From NCBI GenBank assembly GCA_965199495.1, contig CBDASK010000003.1, positions 1 to 64,000 of the forward strand: 64,000 nt of DNA. The letters run 5' to 3'. The notes beneath the pieces were generated by a model. It worked only from the letters and a program-made list of their open reading frames with translations. It did not search any database and was not told where the DNA came from. Position 1 is the first letter of the stretch; each line of letters starts with the position of its first letter. Origin of the DNA: Abditibacterium sp. (GTDB taxonomy: Bacteria; Armatimonadota; Abditibacteriia; Abditibacteriales; Abditibacteriaceae). A program made the position numbers and the translations under genes. Below are positions 20,257 to 29,466 of this stretch, one piece after another.

Positions 20257-21591
20257 ATGCGCCCATTTTCCCAGCGGGTTTACGAAGCCCTTAACACGCG
20301 ACTTTTCGAGTTACCTCGCCGCTCGGCGTCTCACGATGTCAATAAAAAGGGGCCGTTTTATTCGCTCAGCGTGCGCTGGTTGTGGACGCTCTGGTTTCGT
20401 TTGCTCACGCCCGCCGGACGCTATTTCTTTCTGGCGACGGGACTGTTTTTCGGCTACGGCGTCACCAGTCTGGAATTTCAGGCGTTCGTGCCCCTCGCCT
20501 ACTCGACAATTTTGTGGCTCGCCGCCTTTTCGATGCTGCGCGTCGCGCGGCCCGGACTCAGTTTGCGCGCACAAAACGCGTTGCGCATCGCCGCCGGAGA
20601 AGAAGTGCCCGTCACCCTGACAATCGCCAATCCCACATCCGGCACGAGCGGCGAAACACGCGTCGTCGGCCACTTGTTGCCCGCGCAAGTGGACATCGTG
20701 CCCGCGCAGGGTCTGCCAATTCCGTCGCTTACGCCCGGCGAAACTCTCGAAACTTCGCTGATTTTGCGCCCGCAACAACGCGGGATTTACGCGTTACGCG
20801 GTTGGCGCATCGAAAGCGATTTTCCGTTTGGCTTGCTCAACGCGGGCGCGATTCATCCGGCGCCCGCGCAATTGACGGTTTATCCGCGCTTTACGCCGCT
20901 CGACCGCATCGCTTTGCCGCAGGGGCGGCGCCAGCAGCCGGGCGGCGTGGCTTATGTCGCCAACCGGGGCGAGAGCATCGAATATATCGGCAACCGCGAA
21001 TATCGGCCCGGCGACAACGTGCGCGATATTGATTGGAGAGCCACGGCGCGTTTGTCGCGGCCCATTGTGCGCGAATACCGCGAAGAGTTCTTCCTGCGCT
21101 CAGCGATTGTTTTGGACACGCAAGTGCCGTGGGTTTCGGGCCAATTCGCGCCCAGCGCGTGCGAAGATTTCGAGCGCGCGGTCAGTTTGTGCGCGGCGTG
21201 CGGCGATTATCTCAATCGCGCCGATTATCTGGTGGACATCTTGGCGGCGGGGCCACATTTGCATCATTTGATGGCCGGACGCGGCTTGGTTTCGCTCGAT
21301 CAAATGCTCGATATTTTGGCGGGCGTCGAAGCCGACCGCAACGCGCACTGGGACGACATAGAAAGCGAGTTGGTCGCTCATCTGGAACAGATCGCGAGCG
21401 TGGTGTGTTTATTTCTCGATTGGGATGAAACGCGGCGCGATTTCGCCGCCACGCTGCACGAGGGCGGCGTGGCTCTTAAAATCGTCGTGGTGCGCGACGA
21501 AGCGCCAACGCTCGATCTATCCGACAGTTGGCCGGGCGAAATTCTGGTTTTGGGCCGCGCCGAATGGGACGCGGGGGTGAAAGAATTGTAG
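20257..21591 (+). CDS. DUF58-domain protein (MoxR-associated)
   Basis: FPFGL, EYIGNREYRPGDNVRDIDWRATAR, FERAVSLCA. Confidence 0.9.
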   Translation: MRPFSQRVYEALNTRLFELPRRSASHDVNKKGPFYSLSVRWLWTLWFRLLTPAGRYFFLATGLFFGYGVTSLEFQAFVPLAYSTILWLAAFSMLRVARPGLSLRAQNALRIAAGEEVPVTLTIANPTSGTSGETRVVGHLLPAQVDIVPAQGLPIPSLTPGETLETSLILRPQQRGIYALRGWRIESDFPFGLLNAGAIHPAPAQLTVYPRFTPLDRIALPQGRRQQPGGVAYVANRGESIEYIGNREYRPGDNVRDIDWRATARLSRPIVREYREEFFLRSAIVLDTQVPWVSGQFAPSACEDFERAVSLCAACGDYLNRADYLVDILAAGPHLHHLMAGRGLVSLDQMLDILAGVEADRNAHWDDIESELVAHLEQIASVVCLFLDWDETRRDFAATLHEGGVALKIVVVRDEAPTLDLSDSWPGEILVLGRAEWDAGVKEL

Positions 21592-21594
21592 ATG

Positions 21595-22190
21595 TCCCCA
21601 TAATAAATTATGGGTCTGGGATCGCGCTACGCGCGCAACTGTCCGCCTTCGCGGACACAATTTGGCTTTACTGGGAGGAAAACTTTATGGCCGATAACTA
21701 TTTGCGACTTTACGTCCATTTCGTGTGGGCAACATGGGATCGCCTGCCGCTCATCGAACCCGCATGGGAAAGCGCACTTTATCACGAAATTCATAGCGAA
21801 GTTCACGAGATGGGCGCCAAAGTTTTGGAATTGGGCGGCATTGAAAATCACCTTCACTTGCTTTTACGATTCACGGCCACTCACAGCATGGCCGGACTGA
21901 TAAAACAAATTAAAGGCAGCTCTGCGTTCTTCGTCAACAGACATGGTTTTACGCATAATCATTTCAAATGGCAAGGCGGTTACGCCGCGCTCACCGTCAG
22001 TCAATGGCATTTGACGCGCGTCGCAAATTATATTCGCAATCAAAAACAGCATCACGCCCAAAACACCACCAAATTGCGCATGGAATTTCCCGATAAATTC
22101 CCCTTCAAAGACTAAATTCACTCATCATGTCCGCGAAGGCGGACAGTTGCGCGCGCAACGCGATCCCAGACCCATAATTTATTATGGGGA
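21595..22190. mobile_element. IS200-like / REP-associated HUH transposase element bounded by 63-bp inverted repeats
   Basis: 21595-21657 and 22128-22190 are reverse complements with 2 mismatches and flank a Y1 transposase ORF. Confidence 0.85.
21687..22115 (+). CDS. tnpA: IS200/IS605-family (Y1, HUH) transposase, TnpA/RAYT-like
   Basis: HFVWAT.DR, NHLHLL (HUH), IKGSS, WQGGY, YIRNQ (catalytic Tyr); GGAGG RBS upstream. Confidence 0.92.
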   Translation: MADNYLRLYVHFVWATWDRLPLIEPAWESALYHEIHSEVHEMGAKVLELGGIENHLHLLLRFTATHSMAGLIKQIKGSSAFFVNRHGFTHNHFKWQGGYAALTVSQWHLTRVANYIRNQKQHHAQNTTKLRMEFPDKFPFKD

Positions 22191-22223
22191 AACCACGCAA
22201 ACCACGAACGCTCAACCCAAACC

Positions 22224-24155
22224 ATGAAGCAAACTCGACCTTACTGGCTTTTCGCCTCGACCGTGACGGCGATGTTGGCGTTCACCTTCTCGACCTATTC
22301 GCCGTTTGGCCTATTTCTCATCGCGGGTTACGGGTTGACGACGATGACGCCCAACAAAATGCCGCGCGATTCGGCCAATATCTGGGGTTTGCGTCTGCTG
22401 ATTTACGCGTTGGGCGCCGTTTTGGGCCGCAACGCCAATTCTGGCCCGTTTTACCATTACGATGCGCGCGCGTTTCTCACGGTTGGTTTGATTTTGGGCG
22501 GCGAAATCTTATTGCAAACGTTGCGCGAATCGCCGCGCGGGTTGCGCTACGATCCCGTTGTCATTCTGCTTTCGGGATTGCTGTTTCTTATCGCTTGCAA
22601 CACGTTGGGCGCGCATATTTTTGTGTTAGCGCCGATTTACGTTTTCACGCTCGTGATGGCGATGAGCCAGAACAGGCCGGGCGCGCGCGTCAGTCGCCTC
22701 GCGTTAGGGACGCGCGTCGGCATTGTCGCGATTGCCGTCGTGCTGGGAACGGGACTGCACGCCACGCTGTGGAACAATCGCGGCAACATCATGGCGCTGG
22801 GCTCGCGGCTGCTTTCGAGCGGCAATTATCAAAGTCAGGCGGGCAATGCCGATATGGGCGAGAATCCCGAAATGGGCACCAACTTCGCGCAGGGCGCCTC
22901 GACCGCGCGCCTGATGCGCGTTACCGGCAATTTGACCGACCCACATTTGCGCGGTGCGGCGTTCGATTTGTATAGCAACGGCACATGGGGGCCGAAAATT
23001 TCGCAGCGCGATTTCCCTTCAGCGTCACCACTCGATACGAAAGAAAACGTCGGCGAAGACAACACCAGTGCCGCGCGCACCGATACCGATGTCACCGTTC
23101 AGATGCTGCGGCCTTCGGGGCAGGTGCTTTACGCGCCGCTCAATATCTATGCGATTGTTTCAGCGGGCAACGGTTTCGATTGGTCGCGCTACGATGGGCC
23201 GATCAAAACCGACAACGAGAATTTGCCGCTTTCCTACGCGTTCATCAACTCGAAGAAGAATGTGGGTGGCGTGCCGCTCACGCAGGGGCCACTTTGTGTC
23301 GCGCCCAACGAAGAGCAACGCCAGAAGTTATTGGCGATTCCGCCCGAAGTCTCGCCCGCCGTGGCTGCTCTTGCGCTCGAAGTGACAGCCACGGCAACCA
23401 CGCAACAGGAGAAAATTGCGGCGATTACCCAATATCTGATGAATAATCACGCTTACAGCGCCGATTTCGCGCGTGGTTCGGGCGATCCGGTTTCGGAGTT
23501 TTTGCTCTCGAAAAGGAGCGCGCACTGCCAGTATTTCGCGGCGGGCGCCGTGATGATGATGCGCGCGGCGGGCATTCCGGCGCGCTATGCGAGCGGTTAT
23601 TACGCGCACGAAAAAACCGACGACGGCTCGATAATCGTGCGCGGACGCGACGCGCACGCGTGGGCCGAAGCCTATGTGAATGGCATCGGCTGGGTCAACG
23701 TGGACGCCACGCCCGATGCCGGTCGCGCCGATCCGGCAGCGAACCCGTTGCCGTGGTATCAAAAGCCGCTGGAAAATTTGACCGACTGGTTTGGCCGCGT
23801 GCGCGCGTGGTTTTCGCGTTTAACCACGGTTCAAATTTTGGGATTGATGACGATTGTTTTGCTTATCTGGGCGGGCGAGCGCTATCGCCAGAGCTGGCGC
23901 AAACGCCGTTTGGCGGCGCGCGCTTCGCAAATCCCGCTCGAATTGGCGCCGCTCGCCAAACGCTTCGAGCGCGCGCTGGGCAAACGCGGCATCACGCTTT
24001 CGCCGGGCGTGCCGTGGAGCGAAAGTCTGCCGCCCGATTGGGAGCGCGAGGCCCGTTGGGTCGCGCTGTATAATCGTCTGCGTTTCGCGCGCGGCGACAA
24101 CGACGAAATTGCGCAGTTGGCGCGCGAGTTGGACGAACTGGAACGCGAGAAGTGA
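22224..24155 (+). CDS. Membrane protein with transglutaminase-like domain
   Basis: N-terminal TM helices; HCQYFA, GIPARYASGY, DAHAWAE, WVNVDATP (C-H-D triad). Confidence 0.9.
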   Translation: MKQTRPYWLFASTVTAMLAFTFSTYSPFGLFLIAGYGLTTMTPNKMPRDSANIWGLRLLIYALGAVLGRNANSGPFYHYDARAFLTVGLILGGEILLQTLRESPRGLRYDPVVILLSGLLFLIACNTLGAHIFVLAPIYVFTLVMAMSQNRPGARVSRLALGTRVGIVAIAVVLGTGLHATLWNNRGNIMALGSRLLSSGNYQSQAGNADMGENPEMGTNFAQGASTARLMRVTGNLTDPHLRGAAFDLYSNGTWGPKISQRDFPSASPLDTKENVGEDNTSAARTDTDVTVQMLRPSGQVLYAPLNIYAIVSAGNGFDWSRYDGPIKTDNENLPLSYAFINSKKNVGGVPLTQGPLCVAPNEEQRQKLLAIPPEVSPAVAALALEVTATATTQQEKIAAITQYLMNNHAYSADFARGSGDPVSEFLLSKRSAHCQYFAAGAVMMMRAAGIPARYASGYYAHEKTDDGSIIVRGRDAHAWAEAYVNGIGWVNVDATPDAGRADPAANPLPWYQKPLENLTDWFGRVRAWFSRLTTVQILGLMTIVLLIWAGERYRQSWRKRRLAARASQIPLELAPLAKRFERALGKRGITLSPGVPWSESLPPDWEREARWVALYNRLRFARGDNDEIAQLARELDELEREK

Positions 24156-24194
24156 TTCTGCGATTTTATATCGCACTCCAATTCCAAACTTATC

Positions 24195-25181
24195 ATGCAA
24201 ACTCAAACTCTTAATGGCACGATGCCCCTCACTTTAAACCCTCACAAACGCGCGCCCCGCGAGGCGATGCGCGCTATCGAAGACAATCTCAAGCGCATTA
24301 TTCGCGGCAAAGACGAGGCGATTGAACTGGTTCTCATCGCCCTCGCTTCGGGCGGCCACGTCCTGCTCGAAGACGCGCCAGGAACGGGCAAAACGACTTT
24401 GGCCAAAGCTCTCGCGGCTTCGATGGACGGCATTTTTCGGCGCGTGCAGTTCACGCCCGATTTGTTGCCCGCCGACATCACCGGCAGCAGCTTCTACAAT
24501 CCCGCCGACGGCAGTTTCGAGTTTCGGCCCGGCCCGGTGTTCGCCAACGTTTTGCTGGCCGACGAAATCAATCGCACCAGCCCGCGCACCCAATCGGCAT
24601 TGCTCGAAGTGATGAGCGAAAATCAGGTCACAACCGATGGTTTGCGCCACGCTTTGCCGTCGCCATTTTTTGTGGTCGCCACGCAAAATCCGTCGGACTA
24701 CGCCGGAACTTACCCGCTCCCCGAAGCGCAGTTGGACAGATTTATGATTCGCGTTTCGCTGGGCTATCCCGACGCTTTGTCCGAACTCGAAATCTTGAGC
24801 GCGCAGAAAAATCATCATCCGCTCGACAACCTGGAAGCCGTCGTGACGCCCGCCGAAATCAGCGCGATTGGCGAAGAAGTGCGCGCGGTCAAATTCGACG
24901 ATTCCATCGGCAAATACGTCGTCGAGTTGGTCGCGCAAACTCGCGATGATGCGCGCCTGCGCGTCGGACTTTCGCCGCGCGGCAGTTTGGCTTTGTATCG
25001 CACTTCGCAAGCGCGCGCGTGGTGGCAAGGCCGCGATTATGTCGTACCCGAAGACGTGCGCGCTCTGGCCGAACCGGTTTTGGCGCACCGTTTGATTCTC
25101 GAAACCAAAGCCCGCTACGGAGGAGCCACGGGCACCGACGTGATTCGCGAACTGCTGGAAAGCGTGCCGGTGCCACGATAA
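24195..25181 (+). CDS. MoxR-family AAA+ ATPase
   Basis: HVLLEDAPGTGKT, QFTPDLLPADITG, DEINR, ATQNP, LPEAQLDRF. Confidence 0.95.
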   Translation: MQTQTLNGTMPLTLNPHKRAPREAMRAIEDNLKRIIRGKDEAIELVLIALASGGHVLLEDAPGTGKTTLAKALAASMDGIFRRVQFTPDLLPADITGSSFYNPADGSFEFRPGPVFANVLLADEINRTSPRTQSALLEVMSENQVTTDGLRHALPSPFFVVATQNPSDYAGTYPLPEAQLDRFMIRVSLGYPDALSELEILSAQKNHHPLDNLEAVVTPAEISAIGEEVRAVKFDDSIGKYVVELVAQTRDDARLRVGLSPRGSLALYRTSQARAWWQGRDYVVPEDVRALAEPVLAHRLILETKARYGGATGTDVIRELLESVPVPR

Positions 25182-25194
25182 TTTATACATTGTA

Positions 25195-25509
25195 AATAGC
25201 CACAGAGTTCACGAAGAACTCGCAGAAGAACACAGAAAAGCACGAAAATTTTAATACGAATAGGAGTTACGCAGTTGGCCCGCGTTTGTCATTTCGAGCG
25301 AAGCCGAGAAATCTTGCGCCCGCGCGGCAGCGCAGATCAAGCGGTTTTCACGTTTAGGCTTACGCATCATCTCCGCTGGCGCGGGGCCGACAGATTTCTC
25401 GGCAAGCTCGAAATGACAAACGCAAGCCAACTGCGTAACTCCTAACGAAAAAGAACTCGCTCTTTTTTCTGTGTTCTTCTGCGAGTTCTTCGTGAACTCT
25501 GTGGCTATT
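25195..25509. repeat. Family B palindrome whose loop holds a second element
   Basis: AATAGCCACAGAGTTCACGAAGAACTCGCAGAAGAACACAGAAAA and its reverse complement ending at 25509. Confidence 0.9.
25261..25444. mobile_element. MITE-like element with family C core and 5-bp direct repeat
   Basis: Terminal IR TAGGAGTTACGCAGTTG / CAACTGCGTAACTCCTA; ACGAA on both sides (25256-25260, 25445-25449). Confidence 0.8.
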
Positions 25510-25519
25510 CAAAATAACT

Positions 25520-26302
25520 ATGACAATTCGCCCCATTCTCGGCGTAGATTTTTCCGGCGCCGCGCTTGCCGGAGACAAAATCTGGATCGCTCGCGCGCAC
25601 TATCGTAACGAACACTTAGTTTTCGACGAATTACTCCCCGCGCGCGATTTGCCCGCCAGCACGCCGCAACGCGACGTGGCTGTGGCGGCGCTGGTGAAAT
25701 ATCTACAAAGTTTCGACGCGCCGATTTGCGGTTTCGATTTTCCATTTTCTTTGAAATCCGACGAAATCGACCGCGCGAATTGGCGCGATTGGGCGTTATC
25801 ATTGCCCGCGCGTTTCGCGGGCGCCGACGGATTTCGCGCGGCTTACGTCGGCGCCAAACGCGCGACCGACATCCAAGCCAAAACCCCATTTGCTCCGCTC
25901 AACTTACGACTGTATCGTCAAACTTACTACGGAATCGCCCACGTTTTGGCGCCGCTCTTGCGAATTGGAGCGCTCGCGTTGCCTTTCGACAAACCCAGTA
26001 TTGACGCGGCGTGGCTACTGGAGATTTGCCCGGCGTCGCTACTTAAGCGCGAGAAACTTTACGTTTCCTACAAAGGCAAAAGCGACGCGCAACGCGAAAA
26101 TCGCGAGCGCATTTTGGTCGAATGCCAAACGCGTTTTCGATTGGAAGTTTCTGATGCGATGCAACAAATCGCTTTTGCCGACACCGAAGGCGACGCGCTC
26201 GACGCGATTCTGTCGGCGGTTTGCGTGGCCAACGCGCTGGCAAAAGACGATTTCGCGCCGCGCGATGCGATGGAGCAAAGGGAAGGGCGCGTTTATTTTT
26301 AG
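25520..26302 (+). CDS. DUF429-like predicted RNase H-fold nuclease
   Basis: LGVDFSGA, GFDFPF, LEICPA, DALDA acidic motifs. Confidence 0.7.
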   Translation: MTIRPILGVDFSGAALAGDKIWIARAHYRNEHLVFDELLPARDLPASTPQRDVAVAALVKYLQSFDAPICGFDFPFSLKSDEIDRANWRDWALSLPARFAGADGFRAAYVGAKRATDIQAKTPFAPLNLRLYRQTYYGIAHVLAPLLRIGALALPFDKPSIDAAWLLEICPASLLKREKLYVSYKGKSDAQRENRERILVECQTRFRLEVSDAMQQIAFADTEGDALDAILSAVCVANALAKDDFAPRDAMEQREGRVYF

Positions 26303-26314
26303 AGCAACCCAAAT

Positions 26315-27289
26315 ATGTCCAAAATTCTCATTGTCGGCGCCGGGATGTCCGGCCTGACCGCCGCGCGCGAACTGCAATCCAACCGGCACGATGTGACGGT
26401 CGTTGACAAAGGGCGCGGCATCGGCGGGCGCATGGCGACGCGCCGTTTCGCGGGCGGCAGATTCGATCACGGCGCGCAATTTTTCACGACGCGCTCCGAC
26501 GAGTTCCAAGCAGCCACGGCGCGTTGGCAAAGCGCGAATGTCGCGCATCACTGGTTCGATGGCACGCCGACGCCCGGCGAACCTGCCAAAAACGACGGAC
26601 ATCCGCGCTTTTGCGGCAACACCGGCATGACCGGCATCGGCAAGTTTTTGGCAGACGGATTGAACGTGCAACTGGGCCACGAAATTGAAACTCTGGCGCG
26701 CGCAAACGGCGTGTGGACGGCGACGACGCGAACTGGCCAAACCTTCGATGGCGAAGAATTAATTTTAACGGCGCCAATTCCACAATCGCTCCAATTGTTC
26801 GATACGAGCGATTGTCAATTGCCCGACGCGATGCGCGCGACGCTGGAAAGTGTGACTTACGAGCCGTGTTTCGCGGTTCTGGCGCAACTGGACGGGCCAT
26901 CGAACATTGATGCGCCCGGTTTGCTTTACGTCAACGGCGACCCGATTTGGTGGATCGCCGATAATTATCAAAAAGGCGTTTCACCCATCGAAGGCAGCGT
27001 GACGATTCATTCGAGCGGCGACTGGGCGCGCGCGCACTACGACGACGAACCCTCCCAAGTCGGCGAAGAGTTAATTGCGGCGTCGCAAAAGTGGTTGGGC
27101 CGCGAAGTTCAAGAGTTTCAAGTGCGGCGATGGCGCTATTCCAAGCCGGAAAACGCGCTCGACATCGGCATCGCGCGCGACGAAAAACACGCGATAACCT
27201 TCGCGGGCGACGCGCTCATGGGCGCCAAAATCGAGGGCGCGTTTACGTCGGGCCTGATGGCGGCGCGAAAATTGAACGAGAAAAGTTAG
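26315..27289 (+). CDS. Renalase-like NAD(P)/FAD-dependent oxidoreductase
   Basis: IVGAGMSG, DKGRGIGGRMATRR, FDHGAQFFT, WRYS, IEGAFTSG. Confidence 0.88.
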   Translation: MSKILIVGAGMSGLTAARELQSNRHDVTVVDKGRGIGGRMATRRFAGGRFDHGAQFFTTRSDEFQAATARWQSANVAHHWFDGTPTPGEPAKNDGHPRFCGNTGMTGIGKFLADGLNVQLGHEIETLARANGVWTATTRTGQTFDGEELILTAPIPQSLQLFDTSDCQLPDAMRATLESVTYEPCFAVLAQLDGPSNIDAPGLLYVNGDPIWWIADNYQKGVSPIEGSVTIHSSGDWARAHYDDEPSQVGEELIAASQKWLGREVQEFQVRRWRYSKPENALDIGIARDEKHAITFAGDALMGAKIEGAFTSGLMAARKLNEKS

Positions 27290-27346
27290 AAGTCGAAAAT
27301 AGGAAGTTGTGAATTTTAATCCAACTCCCCCACTTCTCCCCAAATT

Positions 27347-28039
27347 ATGAGTAAAATTGCAGTTGTTACAGGTGCCAACAAGGGCATCGGATTCGCCGTG
27401 GCTCACGGCCTGGCCAAAGCGGGCTTTCACGTTTTCGTCGGCGCGCGCGACACCGAAAAAGGCGAAGCCGCCGCGCAGAAAATCCGCGCCGACGGCTACG
27501 CCGCGCAGTTCATCACCATTGACGTGGCCGACGAAGCTTCGATTGTCAGCGCCGCGCGCGAAATCGCCGACGAATGGGAAGGCATTGACGTTTTGGTCAA
27601 CAACGCCGCCATCAATCTCAGCGCGGGACACGGCATTCTCGAAGCTCCGCTTCAAGAGTTTGAAGACACTTTTAAAACCAACGTCTGGGGCGTGTTGCTG
27701 ATGACGCAGGCGTTCTGGCCGTTGCTTCAACATTCGACCGACGCCAGAGTCGTCAACGTTTCCAGCGGTCTGGGCCGACTTTACGACATGGAGAATGACA
27801 GCTCCTCTTACTCGGTCTCGAAAACCGCCGTCAACGCGTTGACGCGCCAATTCGCCGACGCGGGCAAAGATAAAATCAGCGTCAATTGCATCAATCCCGG
27901 CTGGGTCAAAACCGATATGGGCGGCCAAAACGCCGAGCGAACGCCCGATCAAGGCGCCGCGATTGTGCTGAAATTGGCGACGATGGACAACCCGCCAACC
28001 GGCCAATTCTTGCAGGACGACGGCGAAATCGGTTGGTAA
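27347..28039 (+). CDS. Short-chain dehydrogenase/reductase (carbonyl reductase-like)
   Basis: TGANKGIG, NNAA, YSVSK, PGWVKTDMGG. Confidence 0.92.
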   Translation: MSKIAVVTGANKGIGFAVAHGLAKAGFHVFVGARDTEKGEAAAQKIRADGYAAQFITIDVADEASIVSAAREIADEWEGIDVLVNNAAINLSAGHGILEAPLQEFEDTFKTNVWGVLLMTQAFWPLLQHSTDARVVNVSSGLGRLYDMENDSSSYSVSKTAVNALTRQFADAGKDKISVNCINPGWVKTDMGGQNAERTPDQGAAIVLKLATMDNPPTGQFLQDDGEIGW

Positions 28040-28101
28040 AAGCTGAACCAGAGGAACAAATATCGGATAAGCGCAGTCCAACACAATTCGTTTTCAACTG
28101 T

Positions 28102-28736
28102 ATGAATTTCTCTCAAATTTTCGTTTTCGCTGGGCTTTTGACAGGCGCCGCATCCATTCAAGCGGCGCCCGTTATTGCGCCCGATGCGGCTTTGCCCGCC
28201 GAAAGCAATGGATTAAAAGTCTCGATTGCACCGACTTCTACTAACGATAATTCGGATTTAAGCATCGCGCTTCATCGTGGCGATCCGCATATCAATGTTG
28301 TGTTGCAAAATACTTCCGACAAGCCAATTCGCGTTTATCAAAACTGGAATTCGTGGGGCTATTACAATTTGACTTTGCAGGTGACCGCGATTGATGGCAA
28401 AACGCTGGATAAGCCATTGGAAATCGAGCGTGGCCTTGGAGCATTTTTTGCCAATGCTCCCACGACAGATATTATTGAAGCGAACAATACAATTGTGCGC
28501 GAAGTGAAGTTGTATCTGCCACCCGAAATCTTCGCTCCAAAAATTCCGGTGCCCACAAAAAATTCGGGCATTTACTCTCGGCTTTGGGTTGGTTTCCATT
28601 TCCACTGGCGGATAATTCCCACAATTTAACAATGCGGGCCGTCTTCAAAAGTAGCAGCAAAAATGCAAAAGAAATCTGGACGGGAAATATCGCCTCGCCG
28701 CTCAAAGATTACCGCGTTTATTGGGACGCCGATTAA
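28102..28736 (+). pseudogene. Exported hypothetical protein with an apparent frameshift near 28590
   Basis: Frame stops at 28629, but the -1 frame continues FPFPLAD...WTGNIASPLKDYRVYWDAD to TAA at 28736, 9 bp before the next gene. Confidence 0.5.
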
Positions 28737-28745
28737 ACCCAAATT

Positions 28746-29423
28746 ATGAAATCCGCTTTCAAAGTCGCCTTAATGACCGCCACTTACTTCGCCTCGCACT
28801 CAGCCACGGCGTCGTTCTTGGTCAAAGACAAAGCCGCGCAAGTTGTCGGCACGCGCAATCGCGACGGTTGGTTTCGATTGATTTATTCGCTGTTTGCTCT
28901 TGGCAGTTTGGTCGCGCTGTTTTTCGCCGCGCGCCGTTTGCCCGACAAACGTTGGTATCGCGCGCGCGGTTTGTGGCTCGTTCTAACCAGCGCGTTTCAA
29001 TTCGTCGGCGCAGTAATCGCGTTCGATGCGGCGCGGCGCGTGCGCACTAATCGTTTGCTGGGCGGCGAAAACGCGTTGTCGTGGTTCGGTGGCAAAGACG
29101 AAGTGATGCCGCCCGAAGGTCAGACGCCGCGCGCCGACGAGTTAGGCGACAAACGCGATTTGGCGCGCGACGGTGTATTTGCGATGTCGCGCAACGCGAT
29201 TAACTTTGCGGTCATTCCTATATTTTGCGCGTGGCCGCGCATGACGCGCAACTACGCGACGTTTTGCGCGGTGATGACAGGTTATTGCGTTTTGGGTTCA
29301 TGGCTCAGCGAGCGGCGCATGAGCGCGCGTTATGGCGACGATTGGCGTAAATATAAAGAAAGCGGCGTGCCGTTTTTGATTCCCAGCTTTCCCAAAAAAG
29401 ACGCGTCAAACGGCGCGGATTAA
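28746..29423 (+). CDS. Membrane protein, isoprenylcysteine methyltransferase/NnrU-like
   Basis: SHS..A, RLIYS, GVFAMSRN, ERRM..RYG..W..Y...VPFLIP. Confidence 0.6.
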   Translation: MKSAFKVALMTATYFASHSATASFLVKDKAAQVVGTRNRDGWFRLIYSLFALGSLVALFFAARRLPDKRWYRARGLWLVLTSAFQFVGAVIAFDAARRVRTNRLLGGENALSWFGGKDEVMPPEGQTPRADELGDKRDLARDGVFAMSRNAINFAVIPIFCAWPRMTRNYATFCAVMTGYCVLGSWLSERRMSARYGDDWRKYKESGVPFLIPSFPKKDASNGAD

Positions 29424-29466
29424 ACGTTGGAACGAGGCGCTCGATTTTATCGGGCGCTTTTATTTT

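Noticed and set aside
21528..21686. Longer N-terminus for the transposase
   Set aside because: It runs through the left inverted repeat and the DUF58 end; ATG 21687 has a GGAGG RBS.
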